NCBI GenBank assembly: GCA_051003195.1
Contig: JBPCLP010000053.1
Location: 99,371-163,370 of the forward strand
Direction of reading: 5' to 3'
Source of the DNA: Candidatus Sumerlaeaceae bacterium
Lineage (GTDB): Bacteria > Sumerlaeota > Sumerlaeia > Sumerlaeales > Sumerlaeaceae
Length of the DNA stretch: 64,000 nucleotides
The translations under genes were made by a program, and so were the position numbers. Shown piece after piece: positions 1 through 10,432 of this stretch. Position 1 is the first letter of the stretch. Each line of letters opens with the position of its first letter. The notes under the pieces were generated by a model. It was not told the DNA's origin, ran no database searches, and was given only the letters and a program-made list of their open reading frames with translations.

Positions 1-103
1 TTCTCCGCGTTCTTGCGTCTCTTGAGCTTCTCAGCCATGGTCGCGAACAGGCACCGCGCGTTGATAGCGGCGCACTGGTAAAGGTACGTTTCCATAATAA
101 CGA

Positions 104-2518
104 ATGGCAGCAGTACGCGCGCTCACAAACCATTACCGTGGACTCGCGCCAGTTCAGCGTTTCGAATGGACGATACATTCGGACTACCGGCGAATGACCG
201 TCGTAGCAGCCCATAACCTCACGGTGTTTCTTGTAGCCTTATGGGGCTACACGGCCCTCTTGTTAACGGGCGAGTTCAGCATCCCGATTCTTATCGCGTG
301 CTATGCCCTCGCTTTTGCGGCGTTTCTTGCGCGACGCAAAAACGTCGAAGCTCCGCGTTGGCTCTGGAATATCATTTCGATCATTGCTTTGATTGCGGCC
401 GGCGCAATGGCGACTCGCCAGCTCCTCGATGCGACCGTGTACCTGTTCCTGTTTCTCCAGGTCGTAAAGCTTTTCACGGCGCGAACTGCGGTTGAAAGCA
501 GGTGGAGCTACATCATTTCGCTGTTCCAGGTAATCGGCGCATCGGTGCTTACAACGTCGATGACCTTCGGCCTCGTGTTCCTGGTCTATGTGCTCCTCAT
601 GGTGTTTTCGCTGCTGCTCTACACCTTAAGGCGTGAGTCGGAAACCAGTGAGAGAATTTCCGGCAGCCTCTATTCGAAGGTTCTGGACGCGACACACGGG
701 CGCACGACCCGGCCACGCCTGCGCATCCCGTGGGCACTGAAAGCGCGAATCCCGCGCGGACTCATCTGGACCTCCGCGTCGCTCACAATTCTTATTGTTG
801 CTGCCACCATTGTCACTTTCGCGATCGTGCCGCGCCTTGCCACTCAGAACCTGTTTCAGGGCTATGGCAAACCGCCCGAGAAGCCTTCGTTGTCGGCCTT
901 TGATGAAGCAATCGAGTTTGGGACCTTTGAAAAGATCCAGCTCGATAACGCTGTCGCGATGTTCGTTCAGCCGCTGGAAAAGAAGCGGCGCGATCACATC
1001 CGGCTGCGCGGTGTAGCGCTGGATACTTTCGATGGACGTGCCTGGCGCCGCACCACGAGTTCCCACGGCGTGACGGGGCCGTTGCAATTCCCCGCCTTCA
1101 CCACGCGTTTATATTCCGACATCGCGACCCACCGTATCATCCAGCCGCCAGGCATCACACAATACCTCTTCGCAGAGACCTTCGCGGAATCCATCAAAGT
1201 TGCTTCCGAAATTCAATACTACTCCGATGGCCTTAGTGGAGCCGCATGGCTGGCCAGCATGCAGCCGAAAGAATTCCAATACGTGTCAAGCTCCCGGGTC
1301 GAGTCCCTCGATGAGCGCAAGGACCCCGCCCGGAACAACCTGAGGGAGCGGGCTCTTTCCATGTTCAGCTCCGCACCGTTTCCACAGGACATCAGCCTTC
1401 GGTTCAGGGATATTCAGCAGCGATTCGCAAATGAGGGAAGTTCGGCGACGCGAGAACGCCGCTACCCGCGCTTCTTTTCCCGGGGGGCGCACGCGGAACA
1501 GCTCCGCTACCTGGAACGCTGCACAACGCTTCCGGCCATGCTGAGCACAAACAACCTGCGAGACCTGGCGGTCACGTGGACTCGCGACGCCGCAACCACG
1601 TTTGAGAAATCTCTCGCCATCGAGTCGAGGCTCCGAAGCGAATTTACCTACAGCCTTGAGCCAAAAGCTCGCGGCAATTACATTGAAGACTTTCTCTTCC
1701 GCACGAAGCAGGGTCACTGTGAGTACTTCGCAACTTCAATGGCCGTGCTGGTGCGTTCGCTCGGTGTTCCGGCACGTGTCGTGAACGGCTATTACTCTGT
1801 GGAATGGAATAACATCGGCGGCAATTTCACGGTGCGCCAGCGCGACGCCCATTCCTGGGTAGAGGTGTGGCTTGCCAACGACTATGGCTGGATGACGTTC
1901 GATCCAACACCGCCTTCTGGTGTGGGGCGTCCTAATCGGCAAAATGCCGTGTTGCTCGCGATAAGCCGCTACCTTGATGCGCTGCGGGTTCGCTGGTATC
2001 GTTACGTAGTGGATTATAGTATTACCGACCAGGCGGCGGTGATGCGCACGCTCGCGAACGCGCGTGACCGCATAAACTCGTTCTTCGGTCGCATGCAAAA
2101 TCGCATCTGGCTGCCCGACCTAAGCTCGTCCACTAACGTGGGTGGCGCACATACGTATGTGAATGTGCTCATTGCTGCAGCTCTCGCTTGTGGAGCGGTT
2201 GTCTTTGGCGTCTGGGCGGCAGGCAATCTACGACCGAAGAGAAAGCGACGCCGGCCGGAAACCATGGTGCGCTACTATTCAGAGCTCCTGCGTCTCCTTG
2301 CGGCAAAGGGATTCAAGCTGGCCACCGGGGAAACCCCGCGCGAGTACGCATCGCGTCTGCGCAGGGTTGAAGTATTCTCGCCTCTGATGCCGATTACCGA
2401 GATGTACTATAGCAGCCGTTACCAGGGTCACGCTCCCACCGACGAGGAGCTCGCGATCATCGAAGAGTTTCGCAAAGCGTTGAAAACCTCGCCACGAGCC
2501 GCTCCCGAAACGTTATAA
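104..2518 (+). CDS. Transglutaminase-like membrane protein (TgpA type: DUF3488 TM region + transglutaminase core + DUF4129-like C-terminus); true start may be ATG 194
   Basis: N-terminal multi-TM region; GHCEYFAT, DAHSWVEV and WMTFDPTP motifs (Cys-His-Asp triad); C-terminal GETPREYA motif. Confidence 0.88.
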   Translation: MAAVRALTNHYRGLAPVQRFEWTIHSDYRRMTVVAAHNLTVFLVALWGYTALLLTGEFSIPILIACYALAFAAFLARRKNVEAPRWLWNIISIIALIAAGAMATRQLLDATVYLFLFLQVVKLFTARTAVESRWSYIISLFQVIGASVLTTSMTFGLVFLVYVLLMVFSLLLYTLRRESETSERISGSLYSKVLDATHGRTTRPRLRIPWALKARIPRGLIWTSASLTILIVAATIVTFAIVPRLATQNLFQGYGKPPEKPSLSAFDEAIEFGTFEKIQLDNAVAMFVQPLEKKRRDHIRLRGVALDTFDGRAWRRTTSSHGVTGPLQFPAFTTRLYSDIATHRIIQPPGITQYLFAETFAESIKVASEIQYYSDGLSGAAWLASMQPKEFQYVSSSRVESLDERKDPARNNLRERALSMFSSAPFPQDISLRFRDIQQRFANEGSSATRERRYPRFFSRGAHAEQLRYLERCTTLPAMLSTNNLRDLAVTWTRDAATTFEKSLAIESRLRSEFTYSLEPKARGNYIEDFLFRTKQGHCEYFATSMAVLVRSLGVPARVVNGYYSVEWNNIGGNFTVRQRDAHSWVEVWLANDYGWMTFDPTPPSGVGRPNRQNAVLLAISRYLDALRVRWYRYVVDYSITDQAAVMRTLANARDRINSFFGRMQNRIWLPDLSSSTNVGGAHTYVNVLIAAALACGAVVFGVWAAGNLRPKRKRRRPETMVRYYSELLRLLAAKGFKLATGETPREYASRLRRVEVFSPLMPITEMYYSSRYQGHAPTDEELAIIEEFRKALKTSPRAAPETL

Positions 2519-2604
2519 CCCGAATTCAGCACAAGTGTCGTGACTCTTGACACGCTACGCTGTAATTCAGCCGCTGCGGCTGATCCATTCTCTAAGGAAG
2601 TGAC

Positions 2605-4212
2605 ATGCACTGCGATCTGCTCATTCAAAATGCCACGATTGTAGACGGAACCGGTTCACCCGCTTTCGACGGAGATATCACTGTCACCGGTGACCGTATT
2701 ATCCGCGTATTCGATGCCAGCCGGCAGCAGCGCTTTGAAGGCGAGGCGGCGAAAGTTATCGACGCACGAGGGCGGATCGCAACGCCGGGTTTCATCGATG
2801 TCCATTCCCACAGCGACATTAACATCCTGGCGAATCCAAACGGTGAGAGCAAATTACGCCAGGGCATCACGACAGAGATCGTCGGCAACTGCGGCTTTAG
2901 TGCGTTCCCGCTGCGAGGCGCCACCCTGGCTGAAGAAGCAGAAGTTAACCGGAAGGTAGGCGTCGAGACAACCTGGGATACCGCGGATGGGTACTTCCGT
3001 ACTTTGGAGCAGGCACGTCCGGCGTTTAACATCGCCACATTTGTCGGTCATGGTAATATCCGCGGTTCAGTCGTGGGCTTTGATGATCGCCCTTGCACTC
3101 CCGACGAACTGAAGGTCATGATCCGTGAGGTGGAAGACGCGATGGATGCCGGCGCGCTTGGCCTCTCGACCGGTCTTATCTATACTCCCGGGATGTTCGC
3201 GGAAGTAAGCGAAATTGTGGAGCTGCAGAAAGCAGCCGAGGCGAAAGGCGGAATGTATGCTTCGCACGTGCGTGGCGAGGGAGACACTCTGCTGGAAGCC
3301 GCGGATGAGTTTATGACGATTGTAGACCAGGCGAGATGCCAGGGACAGTTCAGTCACCTTAAGGCAAGTGGTCCGCGCAACTGGGGCAAAGTTGCACGAG
3401 TCATAGAGCAAATTGAACAGGCGAACGCACGCGGAGGTGATGTCCGGTTTGACAAGTATCCTTATGTCGCATCCAGCACGGAGCTGGCGTCGCTTTTACC
3501 GCGCTGGGTTCGCAATGGTGGCCGCGATAGTGCGATGGAGCGCCTGAGCGACGCCACCAACAAGGACGGCATCATCCATGAATCGGAGCAGATCAACGAG
3601 GGCAAAGACGGCTGGGATTCAGTCCTGATCTGCGAAGCGGGTGCTCCTGAGTTTGAAAAATACCAGGGTCAAAGTGTCGGCGAAATTGCGCGGCAGCTGG
3701 GTCTGGCGGGCGGAGAAGCGTTTATCGAACTACTCCGGGCATCGCGGCTCTCGACGTCTATTTGCAACTTCACGATGAGCGAGGATGAGACGGACATGGC
3801 CATCCTGCACCCGCTTGGCATGGTTTGCTCGGACGCGGCGTGCCGTGCTCCCTACGGTGCACTGTTGTACGATTGTCCGCACCCGCGCGCCTATGGCACC
3901 TTCGGACGTTTCTTCCGTGACTACGTAAAGACGCGCAAGCTGCTGACGCTCGAGCAGGCAGTGCACAAGGTAACCGCCTTTTCCTGCGATACGTTCGGAC
4001 TGAAAAACCGTGGACGCATCGCGGCCGGCAATTATGCGGACCTGCTCGTGATCGATTTTCCGCGATATACCGACAAGGCTGAGTTCGCCAGGCCGCATCA
4101 GTACTGCGAGGGCATCGATGCGATTATCGTAAATGGTGTCCTTACACTGGAGGGCGACCAGCACACAGGCAATCGGGGCGGCAAGGTACTGCGGCGAAAT
4201 GCCACGCCTTAA
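2605..4212 (+). CDS. N-acyl-D-amino-acid deacylase (D-aminoacylase, amidohydrolase superfamily)
   Basis: PGFIDVHSHSD, GNCGFS, GLSTGLIYTPG, SHVRGE, HPRAYGTF motifs; AAGGAAG RBS upstream. Confidence 0.9.
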   Translation: MHCDLLIQNATIVDGTGSPAFDGDITVTGDRIIRVFDASRQQRFEGEAAKVIDARGRIATPGFIDVHSHSDINILANPNGESKLRQGITTEIVGNCGFSAFPLRGATLAEEAEVNRKVGVETTWDTADGYFRTLEQARPAFNIATFVGHGNIRGSVVGFDDRPCTPDELKVMIREVEDAMDAGALGLSTGLIYTPGMFAEVSEIVELQKAAEAKGGMYASHVRGEGDTLLEAADEFMTIVDQARCQGQFSHLKASGPRNWGKVARVIEQIEQANARGGDVRFDKYPYVASSTELASLLPRWVRNGGRDSAMERLSDATNKDGIIHESEQINEGKDGWDSVLICEAGAPEFEKYQGQSVGEIARQLGLAGGEAFIELLRASRLSTSICNFTMSEDETDMAILHPLGMVCSDAACRAPYGALLYDCPHPRAYGTFGRFFRDYVKTRKLLTLEQAVHKVTAFSCDTFGLKNRGRIAAGNYADLLVIDFPRYTDKAEFARPHQYCEGIDAIIVNGVLTLEGDQHTGNRGGKVLRRNATP

Positions 4213-4919
4213 ATTGTGCCCAGGTACGGGACCAGCCTTCCGTCTTCGATCGTCAGCTTGCGCACGCCAAACTGCTCGACGAGCGGGTCGTGCGTCACAA
4301 CGACAATCGTCGTCCCGTGACTGCGATTGTAGTTTAAAAGCAGCTCGTAAATTTCCATGCTCGTTGCAGTGTCCAGGCTACCTGTAGGTTCGTCCGCCAG
4401 GATAAGTCGCGGCTGGTTGGCTATCGCGCGTGCAATCGCCACGCGCTGCTTCTGCCCCCCCGATAGCCGGTTCGCCGGGCTGTTGACGAGCTGCCCCAGG
4501 CCCACCTCGCCCAGTGCAACACGCGCACGCTGCCTCGCCTGCGCCACCGACATTTCTCCAAACAACAGTGGTACCATTACGTTTTCCATCGCGCTGCGTA
4601 ACGAACGCAGGAAGAAGCTCTGGAATATGAATCCCACGGTTTTGTTACGGAAGGCCGACAACCCGGCATCGTCCATGGTCTCCAGGTGCGTACCCGAGAA
4701 CAAAAGCTCGCCACTGTTCGGACGATCCAACCCACCGAGCAGGTTCAGGACCGTCGTTTTTCCAACGCCGCTTCTGCCAACGAGCGCCACGAACTCCCCG
4801 GAGTTGATCTGGAAATCCGCTGATTCCAGGATGCGAACGGTCCGTTCAGCAGAGACGTATTGCTTCGAAATATTTCGGCCTTCGATCAGTGTTTCCACAT
4901 CTGCCATGTCGCCGGTCAC
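4209..4919 (-). CDS. ABC transporter ATP-binding protein, LolD/MacB-like
   Basis: Walker [23 protein letters not shown] signature, [15 protein letters not shown]; convergent 4-nt TTAA overlap with upstream gene. Confidence 0.92.
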   Translation of the reverse strand: MTGDMADVETLIEGRNISKQYVSAERTVRILESADFQINSGEFVALVGRSGVGKTTVLNLLGGLDRPNSGELLFSGTHLETMDDAGLSAFRNKTVGFIFQSFFLRSLRSAMENVMVPLLFGEMSVAQARQRARVALGEVGLGQLVNSPANRLSGGQKQRVAIARAIANQPRLILADEPTGSLDTATSMEIYELLLNYNRSHGTTIVVVTHDPLVEQFGVRKLTIEDGRLVPYLGTI

Positions 4920-5027
4920 CCCATTGACAACACAGAGCGGATGCTACAGAAAAGCACAGGCGGCGCAAAAGTTACTTCGCCTCGCAAAAACTGTTTATTT
5001 CCGTATTCCACACAACACGCTGCCGGT

Positions 5028-5531
5028 GTGAAGAACATCTTGAGATCAATTCTACGAACACCACCGGACGTGGATCTGCGCTCCCATGTGCAGGACTGGC
5101 TGTGGAAGCATATTTTTCGCATAAATAACGGTGTTCCATGGCCCGTTCACTTTACATCGCGCGTGGTTGCGTGGCAGAAGATCACGTGCGGCAGGGGAAG
5201 CTATCCGGGTGACATGCCGGGATGCTACGTCCAGGGCATCAATGGAATCGTCATTGGTGATGGCTGTCAGTTTGGACCGGGCGTGGGAATTATCAGTGCC
5301 AATCACAATCCGGACAATCTTGCCGAGCACCTTCCCGCCCCTCCCATCCAAATCGGCAGTCGCTCGTGGATCGGGATGAACGCGGTCATTTTGCCAGGCG
5401 TGGTATTGGGTCCGGAAACGATTGTGGGCGCCGGCAGTATTGTTACACACAGTTTTCCTGAAGGGCGGTGTGTAGTTGCCGGCAACCCGGCCGTGGTAGT
5501 AAGACGCGCGCTTCCGGCTAGCGTGGTCTAG
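5028..5531 (+). CDS. Hexapeptide-repeat (left-handed beta-helix) O-acyltransferase; GTG start at 5028 inferred; last codons supplied by a MITE
   Basis: [40 protein letters not shown] repeats. Confidence 0.85.
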   Translation: MKNILRSILRTPPDVDLRSHVQDWLWKHIFRINNGVPWPVHFTSRVVAWQKITCGRGSYPGDMPGCYVQGINGIVIGDGCQFGPGVGIISANHNPDNLAEHLPAPPIQIGSRSWIGMNAVILPGVVLGPETIVGAGSIVTHSFPEGRCVVAGNPAVVVRRALPASVV

Positions 5532-5616
5532 CATTAGTTCGCAGTCGGTTCTGCGTGCCGAATCGAGGTCAAATCTGCCCCTTGGTCTGGTAAGGAGCTA
5601 CTGATCGGCACACTAG
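5518..5616 (+). mobile_element. MITE copy 1 (91-bp core 5522-5612, CTAG on both sides)
   Basis: CTAG|CGTGGTCTAGCATTAGTTCG...GCGTGCCGAA...ATCGGCACA|CTAG; homologous to six other loci in the window. Confidence 0.8.
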
Positions 5617-6611
5617 CGGCGTGTGATTCGGGCGATTTTCCGGCCGAGTTTCACGTGCAGACCGCGGTAATACTCGGCCTGGTAAAAGGTTCGGAGTATC
5701 GGGTCGAAGCCTTCCTTGAACCGCGCAATCGATGGAATGTTGGCACCGACAAGATCCAACTTTTTGATTCCATCCTTTCGAAGCATCTCCGCCAGCCGCC
5801 AGATCATAAGGGAACTGACCCCGCTCTGCAGATGGTCGGGCAACGTCGAAGCAACCGCGTAATAGGCTACCTCTTTAAAATGCAGCGCGGTGATAAATGA
5901 GATCAACTTTCCGTCTTTAGTTGCGGTCAGGTGCTTCCGATACGGCTGTAGTGCCTCCCCCTCGACAATCTCCAGGAAAAAGCTCTCCGCCACCGGGCAG
6001 TTCTCTCCGTGCTTGCGAAACGTTTCCGCAAAGATGCTGAAGGCATCCGCCCCCGGAGGCGCACTGCTGATCACAAAAGCTGCCTTCTCTGCTTTTTTGA
6101 TGTGGCGGCGCACGTGGCCTTCCAGCCGGAGCCACTGTTCTGCGGCCGGAAACTGCAGGTCCATTTCGTAAGTGAAACGCGGCGAAACCGTGTATCCGGC
6201 CGCCTGCAGAAGGCGAACGTCCTGTAGTTCCGGCGCGTTCACAATCAACTGGTAGGAGTACCTCTCGCACATCCACCTGGTGAGAGCGGTGAGCACCTCG
6301 GCATCATTGGAAATTTGTCCGGAGAGTTTTTCATCCACGTGATGCCGCAAGAAGAATCCAACATACGGCGTCAACAGCGGCGTTACGGCCGTTCGCTGGC
6401 GCATCCGGGTTCGCTCCAGCGCCACACACCCCCCCACCAGTTTGCCGGCGGTAAAGGCACCCACGAACACCAGCTTGCCATCCTGGTACCTACCATCGAT
6501 TGCAGCCTTATAGGCTGCGGTGTGATAAACGGTTCCCTGCGGGGAATCCAGTACGAGCGCATCCCATTCCGGCAATTCGGTGCTCTCCAACTGGCGGCAT
6601 TCCACCGGCAC
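5613..6611 (-). CDS. GNAT-family (FemAB/BcsL-like) N-acyltransferase, probably acting on surface polysaccharide
   Basis: WDALVLDSPQGTVYH N-terminus, RRHIKKAEK, DLVGANIPSIARFKEGF; next to GT4 gene. Confidence 0.8.
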   Translation of the reverse strand: MPVECRQLESTELPEWDALVLDSPQGTVYHTAAYKAAIDGRYQDGKLVFVGAFTAGKLVGGCVALERTRMRQRTAVTPLLTPYVGFFLRHHVDEKLSGQISNDAEVLTALTRWMCERYSYQLIVNAPELQDVRLLQAAGYTVSPRFTYEMDLQFPAAEQWLRLEGHVRRHIKKAEKAAFVISSAPPGADAFSIFAETFRKHGENCPVAESFFLEIVEGEALQPYRKHLTATKDGKLISFITALHFKEVAYYAVASTLPDHLQSGVSSLMIWRLAEMLRKDGIKKLDLVGANIPSIARFKEGFDPILRTFYQAEYYRGLHVKLGRKIARITRR

Positions 6612-7732
6612 TATAACCCCGCCTTTGCAGCCAGTTGATCATACAAAGCCATGTAGGACTCGACCATCCGCCGGCGGCTGAACTGTTCCGCAATTCGTAG
6701 CCGCGCCGCCGCCCCGAGACGCCTGCGCTCCCCGGCGTCTTTCAATAAATCGATAATCGCTTTCTCCAGGCCGGCAGAGCCCTCCGTATAGACTATACCT
6801 GAGTCGGCGACCAGCTCCGGTAAACCGCCCGCATTTGCGACTACGACCGGCAGACCGCATGCCATCGCTTCACCGATAGCCATGCCGAAGGATTCACGCT
6901 GCGACGGCTGTACGTATACATCGCACGCGCGCAGGCAGCCCGCGGCATCGTTAGTTTTCCCAGGCAGCTTAAACACTGGCGTGAGACTCATCAGCCCAAT
7001 GGCTGCTTCGAGATCTTCGCGTAACGGGCCTTCTCCCCAGATCACAAATCGCGCTGAGGGACAACTCTTCGAAATGGCGGCGGCCGCACGCAGCAATTCC
7101 ATATACCCTTTTACGGGCCGCAGGTTGCCGAGTGAGCCGATAACCTGGATGGCGAAAACATCGTCATCGGGAAACAGCTCGCGGCGCACATCCAGCCCGG
7201 ACGTCTCCTCGCACGAACTGAACTGCTCAGTATCGATTCCGTTCGGGAGAACCTGGACCTTCTGCGATGAAATTCCATTGTCGCGCAGTTCGTCCGCAGC
7301 CGAACCTGAGACCGCGGCAAAGCAATCTACGTAGCGCGCAGACAACCGAAACAGGCGCGGAGCAACGAATGAAGCGACCCTCCCCTTCTCCTCCCATTCA
7401 TGAACACCATGGTGGCCGGCCACCACGACGGGCACACCTGCGAGTTTAGCAACGGGCGCACCGACGATGGTCGGCCTGGCCAGGATCGTATGCACCAGGT
7501 GCGGCTTGAAGCCCTTCAACGTCTTTCGCAGCCGGACCAATGACTTATCGACTGAAGTCGGCGCAATTCCGTCACGTTGTAACTCCACTTCCAGCGGTCC
7601 CGTGCGCGACCATGCCATCATTACTACTTCGTGGCCACGGTTCACGCTCCCTCTGGCGATCTCTCTACACAAGAGAGTTGGCGAGTCATGCTCGAATGCG
7701 TTCACCAGGTAAAGGATACGAAGGCGGCTCAC
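6611..7732 (-). CDS. Glycosyltransferase family 4
   Basis: PNGIDT, GNLRPVKG, ESFGMAIGEAMACGLPVV (E-x7-E) motifs. Confidence 0.92.
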   Translation of the reverse strand: MSRLRILYLVNAFEHDSPTLLCREIARGSVNRGHEVVMMAWSRTGPLEVELQRDGIAPTSVDKSLVRLRKTLKGFKPHLVHTILARPTIVGAPVAKLAGVPVVVAGHHGVHEWEEKGRVASFVAPRLFRLSARYVDCFAAVSGSAADELRDNGISSQKVQVLPNGIDTEQFSSCEETSGLDVRRELFPDDDVFAIQVIGSLGNLRPVKGYMELLRAAAAISKSCPSARFVIWGEGPLREDLEAAIGLMSLTPVFKLPGKTNDAAGCLRACDVYVQPSQRESFGMAIGEAMACGLPVVVANAGGLPELVADSGIVYTEGSAGLEKAIIDLLKDAGERRRLGAAARLRIAEQFSRRRMVESYMALYDQLAAKAGL

Positions 7733-7778
7733 TTCAATGGCCGGTGCTTTTCATGTGCTGCTTTAGTTGCCGCGCGCA

Positions 7779-8522
7779 CTAATTGTCGTCATCGGAGTCG
7801 CGCGTGAACCCGTACTTCTTGATGCGCTTGCGTAACGTATTGCGCGTGATGCCTAAAAACTTCGCGGCCTTCGACTGGTTCCCTTTGCACGATTGCAGCG
7901 CGCGTTGGATGAGGTGACGCTCCACGACATCAAACGCGTCCAGGCCTTCTTCAAGCGGCTGGCGGCGCGCGATTTCCTCGAACAGCAGATCGAATACGCC
8001 ATCACCCGCCAGTTGCGAACCTGACAGCGTTTCACCCAGCGTCGCCTCGAGTGTGGAGGTCGCTGATCGGCCGCGCGAATCCGCGGGTTCGTCGAACGGG
8101 GCGGCGCGCGTAACCGGTTTTCCCGCGGCTGCCTGCCTTCCAAGCCGCGAAGCTTCCAGAGCCGAAGCTACAACCTGGCGGATGCGGCTGACATCGAACG
8201 GCTTCATGATGCAATCGAACGCCCCGGCCTGCACCGCCTCGCTGGCAATGCGCAGTGATCCGTATGCTGTCATGAGAACCACGGGAACGTTGGAGCCGCT
8301 GCGCCGCATTTTTGTCAGTGTGGCCAATCCGCTACCGCCCGGCATCCGAACATCCATCAGCACTACATCAGGTCGCGCCGACTTCAGGACATTCATGGCC
8401 TGCTCGCCTGAACGCGCCTCGACGATCTCGAACTCTGGAGGCCGGAAAACGCGCGTGAAAGAGTACGCAACATCCGGATCGTCGTCCACGACCAGCAGTT
8501 TGCTGCGCGCGCCAGCGCTCAA
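7779..8522 (-). CDS. Response regulator: receiver + Fis-type HTH, with no sigma-54 AAA+ domain
   Basis: VVDDD, LMDVRMP, LMTAY, MKPF receiver motifs; C-terminal GNQSKAAKFLGITRNTLRKRI HTH; only 247 aa. Confidence 0.85.
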   Translation of the reverse strand: MSAGARSKLLVVDDDPDVAYSFTRVFRPPEFEIVEARSGEQAMNVLKSARPDVVLMDVRMPGGSGLATLTKMRRSGSNVPVVLMTAYGSLRIASEAVQAGAFDCIMKPFDVSRIRQVVASALEASRLGRQAAAGKPVTRAAPFDEPADSRGRSATSTLEATLGETLSGSQLAGDGVFDLLFEEIARRQPLEEGLDAFDVVERHLIQRALQSCKGNQSKAAKFLGITRNTLRKRIKKYGFTRDSDDDN

Positions 8523-10288
8523 CTTTCACTCTCCTCTTCGGTCAGCGGCAGGTTGACCGCGAACGAAGCGCCTTCCCCCGGCGCACTGCGCACGCTGATT
8601 TTTCCATCATACTGCGACAGCAGTTTTTGTGAAACGAACAGTCCGAGCCCGACTCCAGCCTCACGGCCGGTCACGAACGGCAGGAAAATCTGCTCCTGCA
8701 ATTCGGGAGTCATGCCGACGCCGGTATCCCGCACCACGACGCGCACCAGCGGCTGCTCACCCGATCGTTTGCGCGGAGGCGTGACCACGCTCTCCACCGT
8801 CAGGATTCCGCCATGCGACATGGCTTCGATCGCGTTCAGCACGAGGTTCAGAAAAACCTGGTCCATGTGTCCCCGGTCCACCAGCACGGCCGGAAGATCG
8901 GGCGCCAATTGTTTGTGCACCAGAATCCGCTTCGCGGAAACGCTGTGCTGCACAAGGAAGAGCACCTCTTCGAGCACGACGTTGAGGTCGACCCATTCAA
9001 GTCGCATGCCCCGGCGCTTTGCAAATCCCAGCACCTGCGACACGATGCGATTGATCCGCTCCAGCTTGTCCAGGATCAGCGTCACATCCTTCGCGCGGCC
9101 GGGAGCAATGGCACCTTCCTCGCGCAGCGAGTGCATCAGCATGGTGATGATCGTTACGGGGTTGCGTATCTCGTGGGCGATCTCCGCGCTCAGCGTACCC
9201 AGCGTCGCCAGGCGATCGGTTGTCCGGATGCTTTGCTCGGCAGTAATCACGCGCTCGTATCGCCGCGCGTTCTCAATAGCGATACCGCACAGCGATGCGA
9301 ATGCATTGAGCAGGCGCATCTCGTCCGGCTCAAACTGCCTCACACGATCGGCGTACACGTTGAGAATACCCACCAGGCTTTCCTGGAAGAAGATCGGGAT
9401 TGTGAGAAGCGACGTAGGCTTTGCACGCGCGGGAACTTTTCCCGGTTTCCGGTGCTCGGGGCGCTTTACCTCGAACACCTGCACCGGTTGGCGTTTGCCC
9501 AACATATCGCCAAGCAGACCTTCCGGCAGAACCGACGTTGGCCGCTGAACGTAACGGCCCGCCGACCCGGACGCGGCGCTCAACACCATCTCGCGGCTGT
9601 CGTTGATCAGCAGTACTGAACACTGTTTCACATCCATGACGCCCAGCAGCGAATCGGTGATGCGGTTTAATATGTCCGGCAACGGGTCGGGCGAGATCAG
9701 CGCCTGCCCGACATCGAATAGCGTCTCCAGCCTGCGAGTCTGCTCGGTCAGCCGATCGTAAAGCCGGGAGGTGTGGATCATCCGCGCGGCCTGGTTAGCG
9801 ACGGCAAACAGCAGCTTCTCGTCGTCCTCGCTGAATGCCGTTCCATCGTTTGAATTCAGGTGCAGCACACCGGCCACTTTGCCATCGATACGCAGCGGTG
9901 CAGCCATTTGCGACGTGCCGGCAACCCGCTGGTTCTTCGATCCGGTTGCCGCCTCAACGCGTACGCAGTGTGCCTGCTGCACGGCTTCACCCCACACGCC
10001 GTCCAACGGAAGCAACGCGTCGATGTCTGTGCCGGGCAGATCCTGCGCTGCCGCAATTCGCAGCGACTGCCCGTCGTCGGAAAGGAACCCGATGAACCCG
10101 CTCATCGCTGGAAGCGCAGAGATCGTCTCGCGCAGGATGCGGCGCAGGAGTGTCGCTGAATTCGTGGTCGAATTTATAAGGTCGGCAATACGGTACAGTA
10201 CCTTGAGCCGATGTTCGCGGTCGAACCCGGCTTTGGTAGTGTTTCCGTTGGCAGGAAGGGTCACGGGAGCATGGCTAAATGCCGCCAC
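8519..10288 (-). CDS. Cytoplasmic GAF-GAF sensor histidine kinase
   Basis: Two GAF-like regions; H-box AHEIRNP, N-box NLVLNAIEAM, DTGVG and GVGLGL boxes; 4-nt overlap with the regulator. Confidence 0.92.
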   Translation of the reverse strand: MAAFSHAPVTLPANGNTTKAGFDREHRLKVLYRIADLINSTTNSATLLRRILRETISALPAMSGFIGFLSDDGQSLRIAAAQDLPGTDIDALLPLDGVWGEAVQQAHCVRVEAATGSKNQRVAGTSQMAAPLRIDGKVAGVLHLNSNDGTAFSEDDEKLLFAVANQAARMIHTSRLYDRLTEQTRRLETLFDVGQALISPDPLPDILNRITDSLLGVMDVKQCSVLLINDSREMVLSAASGSAGRYVQRPTSVLPEGLLGDMLGKRQPVQVFEVKRPEHRKPGKVPARAKPTSLLTIPIFFQESLVGILNVYADRVRQFEPDEMRLLNAFASLCGIAIENARRYERVITAEQSIRTTDRLATLGTLSAEIAHEIRNPVTIITMLMHSLREEGAIAPGRAKDVTLILDKLERINRIVSQVLGFAKRRGMRLEWVDLNVVLEEVLFLVQHSVSAKRILVHKQLAPDLPAVLVDRGHMDQVFLNLVLNAIEAMSHGGILTVESVVTPPRKRSGEQPLVRVVVRDTGVGMTPELQEQIFLPFVTGREAGVGLGLFVSQKLLSQYDGKISVRSAPGEGASFAVNLPLTEEESES

Positions 10289-10318
10289 CAGAGAAATCCA
10301 GTGGTAAAATAGAACCAG

Positions 10319-10374
10319 TCAGTGTGGTCTACCGTTAGATCGTAATCTGTTTTGTGTGCCGAACGTGCGCAGAA
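10319..10374 (+). mobile_element. MITE copy 2 (5' half only)
   Basis: TCAG|TGTGGTCTACCGTTAGATCGTAATCTGTTTTGTGTGCCGAACGTGCGCAGAA, then similarity stops. Confidence 0.8.
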
Positions 10375-10432
10375 CTTCCGAAATCGGGAGTTGTCCGCGC
10401 GATCTCAAGGCTCGCTTTCAAAGTGCATGATT

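Noticed and set aside
1..38. Possible start of a minus-strand gene (MAEKLKRRKNAE...) running off the left edge
   Set aside because: Only 12 codons are visible; no product can be supported.
8553..9619. Long antisense ORFs opposite the histidine kinase (similar ones opposite coaBC, pilB and GH3)
   Set aside because: Shadow frames expected in GC-rich coding DNA; no recognisable motifs.
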